Assembly (NCBI GenBank): GCA_012026655.1 | Contig: JAAILG010000217.1 | Span: 1 to 64,000 of the forward strand | Direction: 5' to 3' | Source of the DNA: Hydrolagus affinis | Taxonomy: Eukaryota | Length of the DNA: 64,000 nt | Part shown: positions 62,400 to 64,000 of the stretch, piece after piece | How the letters are laid out: every line of letters starts with the position of its first letter | How positions within the stretch are numbered: position 1 is the stretch's first letter | Notes under the pieces: generated by a model | What the model saw: only the letters and a program-made list of their open reading frames with translations | The model's database searches: none | Told to the model about the DNA's origin: nothing | Program-made: the position numbers and the translations under genes

Positions 62400-64000
62400 A
62401 CCCACCACAAACCATCTCCTCTGTCCGCCCTTTCACACCTCACCCATCCTATCCTTCAACTCCAACTGCAAGGAGATGCTGGACTTCCTCGAATCTAAAA
62501 TTGAGGGGATCCATTCAACTACCTCTACTCCATCCACCACTAAGTCCCCATCACCTCTCCCTCAGGATCCATCAACCTCCCATCCCCCATTACACACCTT
62601 TGACCGAATCTCTCCCTCCACCCTATCTCTCATTCGAAAAATTCAAGCCTGCTCCCTCGACCCCATCCGCACCTCTATCCTCATCTCCCAGCTTCACCTC
62701 CTAGACACCTCCTAACTGACATCATCAACCTTTCCCTAACCATCAGCACTGTTCCCACCCCTCTATAAACAGCTGTCATCATCACCATCCTGGAAAAACG
62801 TTCGCTGGACCCATTCCTACTCTTCAGCTACAGTCCCATCTCCAACCTCCCATTCCTCGCTAAGGCTCTGGAATGAGTCATTGCTTCCCAGCTTTGCTCC
62901 TTTCTCTGTCACCATTCCCTCTTTGAACCCCTACAATCCGGCTTCCACGCTGCCTATATAATGGAGATAGCCCTAGTCAGTCTCGAATGACATTTTAAAC
63001 ATCTGTGATCAGGGTTTTTTCTGCCTCCCTGTCCTCCTTGACCTCTCTGCTGTCTTCGATACTGTCGACCACTCCATCCTCCTACACAACCTCTCCTCCC
63101 AGCTCAATCTTCACAGACCTGCCCTTACTTGGTTGAACTCCTATCTTTCTCACCGTCTCCACTTTGTCGCCAGCAATGGCTTCTCTTTCAGCCCCTGCAC
63201 TGTGGCATTCCCCCAGGGCTCTGTGCTTGGCCCCCTACTTTTGAATATCTACATGCTCCCCCTTGGCAACATCATCCACAGACATGGGGTCAACTTCCAT
63301 ATGTATGCAGATGACACCCAACTCTATCTTTCTGCTTCTACCCTCGACTCCATGACCACTGCTGTCCTGGCAGTCTACTTGTCAGACATCAAGTTCTGGA
63401 TGAGAGCTAACTTTCTACAATTGAACGTCAACAAGCCCGAGGGCCTCCTGATTGGCTCACACAGGCGCCTTCACACATCAGGTTCCGGCAGCATCAACTT
63501 CCATGGTTGCACTTTCAACCTCACCAAGCCAGTCAGGAACCTAGGTGTCTTATCCGATCCTCAATTGCCTTTCCTCCCCTACATCCAAGCCATGACCCGT
63601 TCTGCCTTCTCTCACCTCTGCAACATTGCCCAACTCCGTCATTACCTCACCCCTCAGGGCGCTGAAACCCTCATTCATGCCTTCATCATATCTAGGTTCG
63701 ACTACGCCAATACCCTGCTTGTTGGCCTTCCCAATTCGTCCCTCCATAGGCTACAGATCATCCAGAATTCTGAGGGCCGTGTCCTCTACTGCTCCAAGCT
63801 TGGCGACCCCATCTCCCCCATCCTCGCCCAACTCCATTGGCTCCCCATCACCCAGAGAATTCAATTCAAGATCCTGGTCCTCACCTTCAAAGCTCTCCAT
63901 GGCCTTGCCCCCCACTACTCCTGTGACCTCCTAACCCCCTACCACACTGCCCACCCACTTCGCTCAGCAGGCTCCAGCCTGCTCCATGTCCCCCAACCCA
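62400..64000 (+). mobile_element. L2 (CR1-group) LINE reverse transcriptase, pseudogenised; runs off window end
   Basis: CSLDPI, PISNLPFLAKALE, LQSGF, LDLSAVFDTVDH, QGSVLGP (63214), YADD (63304-63315), WLPITQRIQFKILVLTFK; frameshifts and stops present. Confidence 0.93.

Noticed and set aside
1-64000. CRISPR arrays, prokaryotic operons, rRNA
   Set aside because: None seen; the repeated sequences are dispersed eukaryotic SINE/LINE copies, not regularly spaced repeat-spacer arrays

Overview
Repeat-rich vertebrate genomic DNA. It is probably from a cartilaginous fish, an inference from the Deu-domain tRNA-SINEs, L2/CR1 LINEs and shark-type Penelope repeats. The one protein-coding gene I can support is a BH3-only pro-apoptotic BCL2L11/BIM-like gene on the + strand, with coding exons 4975-5290, 11314-11453 and 25292-25393 (185 aa). 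It has a FOXO/NF-Y/CRE/PBX-PREP motif-rich promoter near 2.5 kb and a 3'UTR carrying miR-24, miR-92/25, miR-19, miR-148 and miR-221/222 seed sites. The rest is mostly mobile DNA: several SINE families (some nested), L2/CR1 fragments, a Tigger-like MITE spanning an assembly gap, and a decayed CGGBP1-related hAT transposase. The most notable observations are four. (1) Near-identical Penelope-type inserts carry minimal hammerhead ribozyme motifs inside both BIM coding-region introns and lie in opposite orientation around the BH3 exon. (2) A ~300-bp homeobox-site-rich element is duplicated on both sides of the gene. (3) A BimS-type internal splice donor is present without the BimL acceptor. (4) The start of the CDS is ambiguous between a uORF and a 1-bp frameshift. 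Most listed ORFs are spurious.
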